Shown here: positions 62,804-64,000 of the stretch, one piece after another
Numbering within the stretch: position 1 is the stretch's first letter
Layout: each line of letters starts with the position of its first letter
NCBI GenBank assembly: GCA_951406725.2
Contig: OX597814.1
Location: 20,336,001 to 20,400,000 of the forward strand
Length of the DNA: 64,000 nucleotides
Direction of reading: 5' to 3'
Origin: Octopus vulgaris
Taxonomy: Eukaryota
The notes under the pieces: generated by a model
Told to the model about the DNA's origin: nothing
What the model saw: only the letters and a program-made list of their open reading frames with translations
The model's database searches: none
Position numbers and translations under genes: made by a program

Positions 62804-64000
62804 CTATTTTGGTTCTCATTAGCTAGAGACAAGCTCTGGTTTTTATTATGGGCAGAGGTGGAATGGATAGCATGCAGTAACACATTTAATGCTTAAAACT
62901 CCTTGCACACAAGTGTCTGCCACCATCTGATGCATACTTAATTTCTAGAGATTCCAATGTGATTTTTCTTTTGGTACCATGCCCCATAATATCCTTATAA
63001 TAAGCATTCTTTATAGTAATACTTCTTATTTATCCATCAAACAAGCTATGTTCGTTATGAGAACAGGATTGAAAAGTAATAGAAAGAACCAGTTTTTATC
63101 ACATGTCATGTGTGTTAATGTTTTGTCATCGTTACCATCATCACCATCATTATTACCATTACAACTTCTACCACTACAACCATCATTAACACCACTGCCA
63201 TCACCACCAGCAGCAACTGCATGACAGTGACACCTCTGTGATCAGTCTTTCTTTCCACAATTACAATATTATCATCACCATCAATACTCCACCTCTTCTG
63301 TAGACATACTACTATTCCCACCACTACAATGATGACGATAATGTTGACATTCCATGAATAACTAATATTAGAAAAGACAAAACAGATATTTCATAGTTCT
63401 TGCTGTCCATATTGCTGTGTAGCTTGAGGTCAACATTAATTGAGCAGACCGTTGGCATATAGGTAGTCAGTCTAACAACTAGATGCAATTCATAAATCTA
63501 TTGTTCTAAATATACCACAGATTTACTCTGGAAATTTGGCACTTCTTTACAATGTCTTCTGTGTATGTTCTGGAGGAGTTCTAAGTAACTTCTAAAATGT
63601 TACCTTCTCTTGTGAGTGCAGTATATCTATGTTGTTGATGGTCGGTTGAATTTTATGTGCTCTGGGGAGACAAGAGGAAGTAAGCAAGCAGCATTGTTCT
63701 TGGATATTACATTGTCTTGGCAACCTCAAAGGTAGTTTATTAGCAAGTGTTTTGTGTTATTTCTTAAGATGGTGTTGTGTATTTTTGTATGAATGGATAG
63801 CAGTGGGGAATGGAATCAAAAACTTTGCTGATGCTAATGGTAGTTAGAATGGTACATTTAGAAGACTTTTTTAATTGTTGAAGTCATCAAGTATTCTTTT
63901 CTCTCTGGTTAGTGAGCTGTGTGGTTATTGAGTATGATATCTGAATCTCTGTTATGATTTTGATAGGAGATATGTGGGTTAGTGGTGTCAAAGATTCGTG

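Noticed and set aside
63400-64000. Possible LINE endonuclease remnant on the - strand (ILDDFN-like)
   Set aside because: Too decayed to call with confidence

Overview
AT-rich, intron- and repeat-rich animal genomic DNA. The SINE/RTE repeat landscape suggests an octopod cephalopod, which is an inference. Two complete spliced genes lie tail-to-tail. On the + strand is an M20-family N-fatty-acyl-amino-acid synthase/hydrolase (PM20D1-like): 11 coding exons, 392..33209, 505 aa by my exon assembly, with one GC-AG intron. On the - strand is N-acylglucosamine 2-epimerase (RENBP-like): 9 coding exons, 60629..39265, 403 aa. All exon phases join in frame. Introns and the intergenic region hold tRNA-derived SINEs, RTE LINE fragments, Penelope-like elements (PLEs), RLE-type LINE remnants, a full-length decayed Tc1 element, Merlin-like and piggyBac-like MITEs, non-autonomous Helitrons, a solo LTR and microsatellites. 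The most notable observations are: a C4HC3 PHD-finger-like module inside the RTE reverse transcriptase; hammerhead-ribozyme motifs at the 3' ends of two PLEs, both antisense to their host genes; a GC donor with an in-frame competing GT donor supplied by a retroposon; an exon junction that regenerates a 5' splice site; inverted repeats bracketing individual exons; and a dense nest of foldback elements in PM20D1 intron 1. No prokaryotic-type system (CRISPR etc.) is supported. Repeat boundaries are approximate unless a TSD or terminal motif is quoted.
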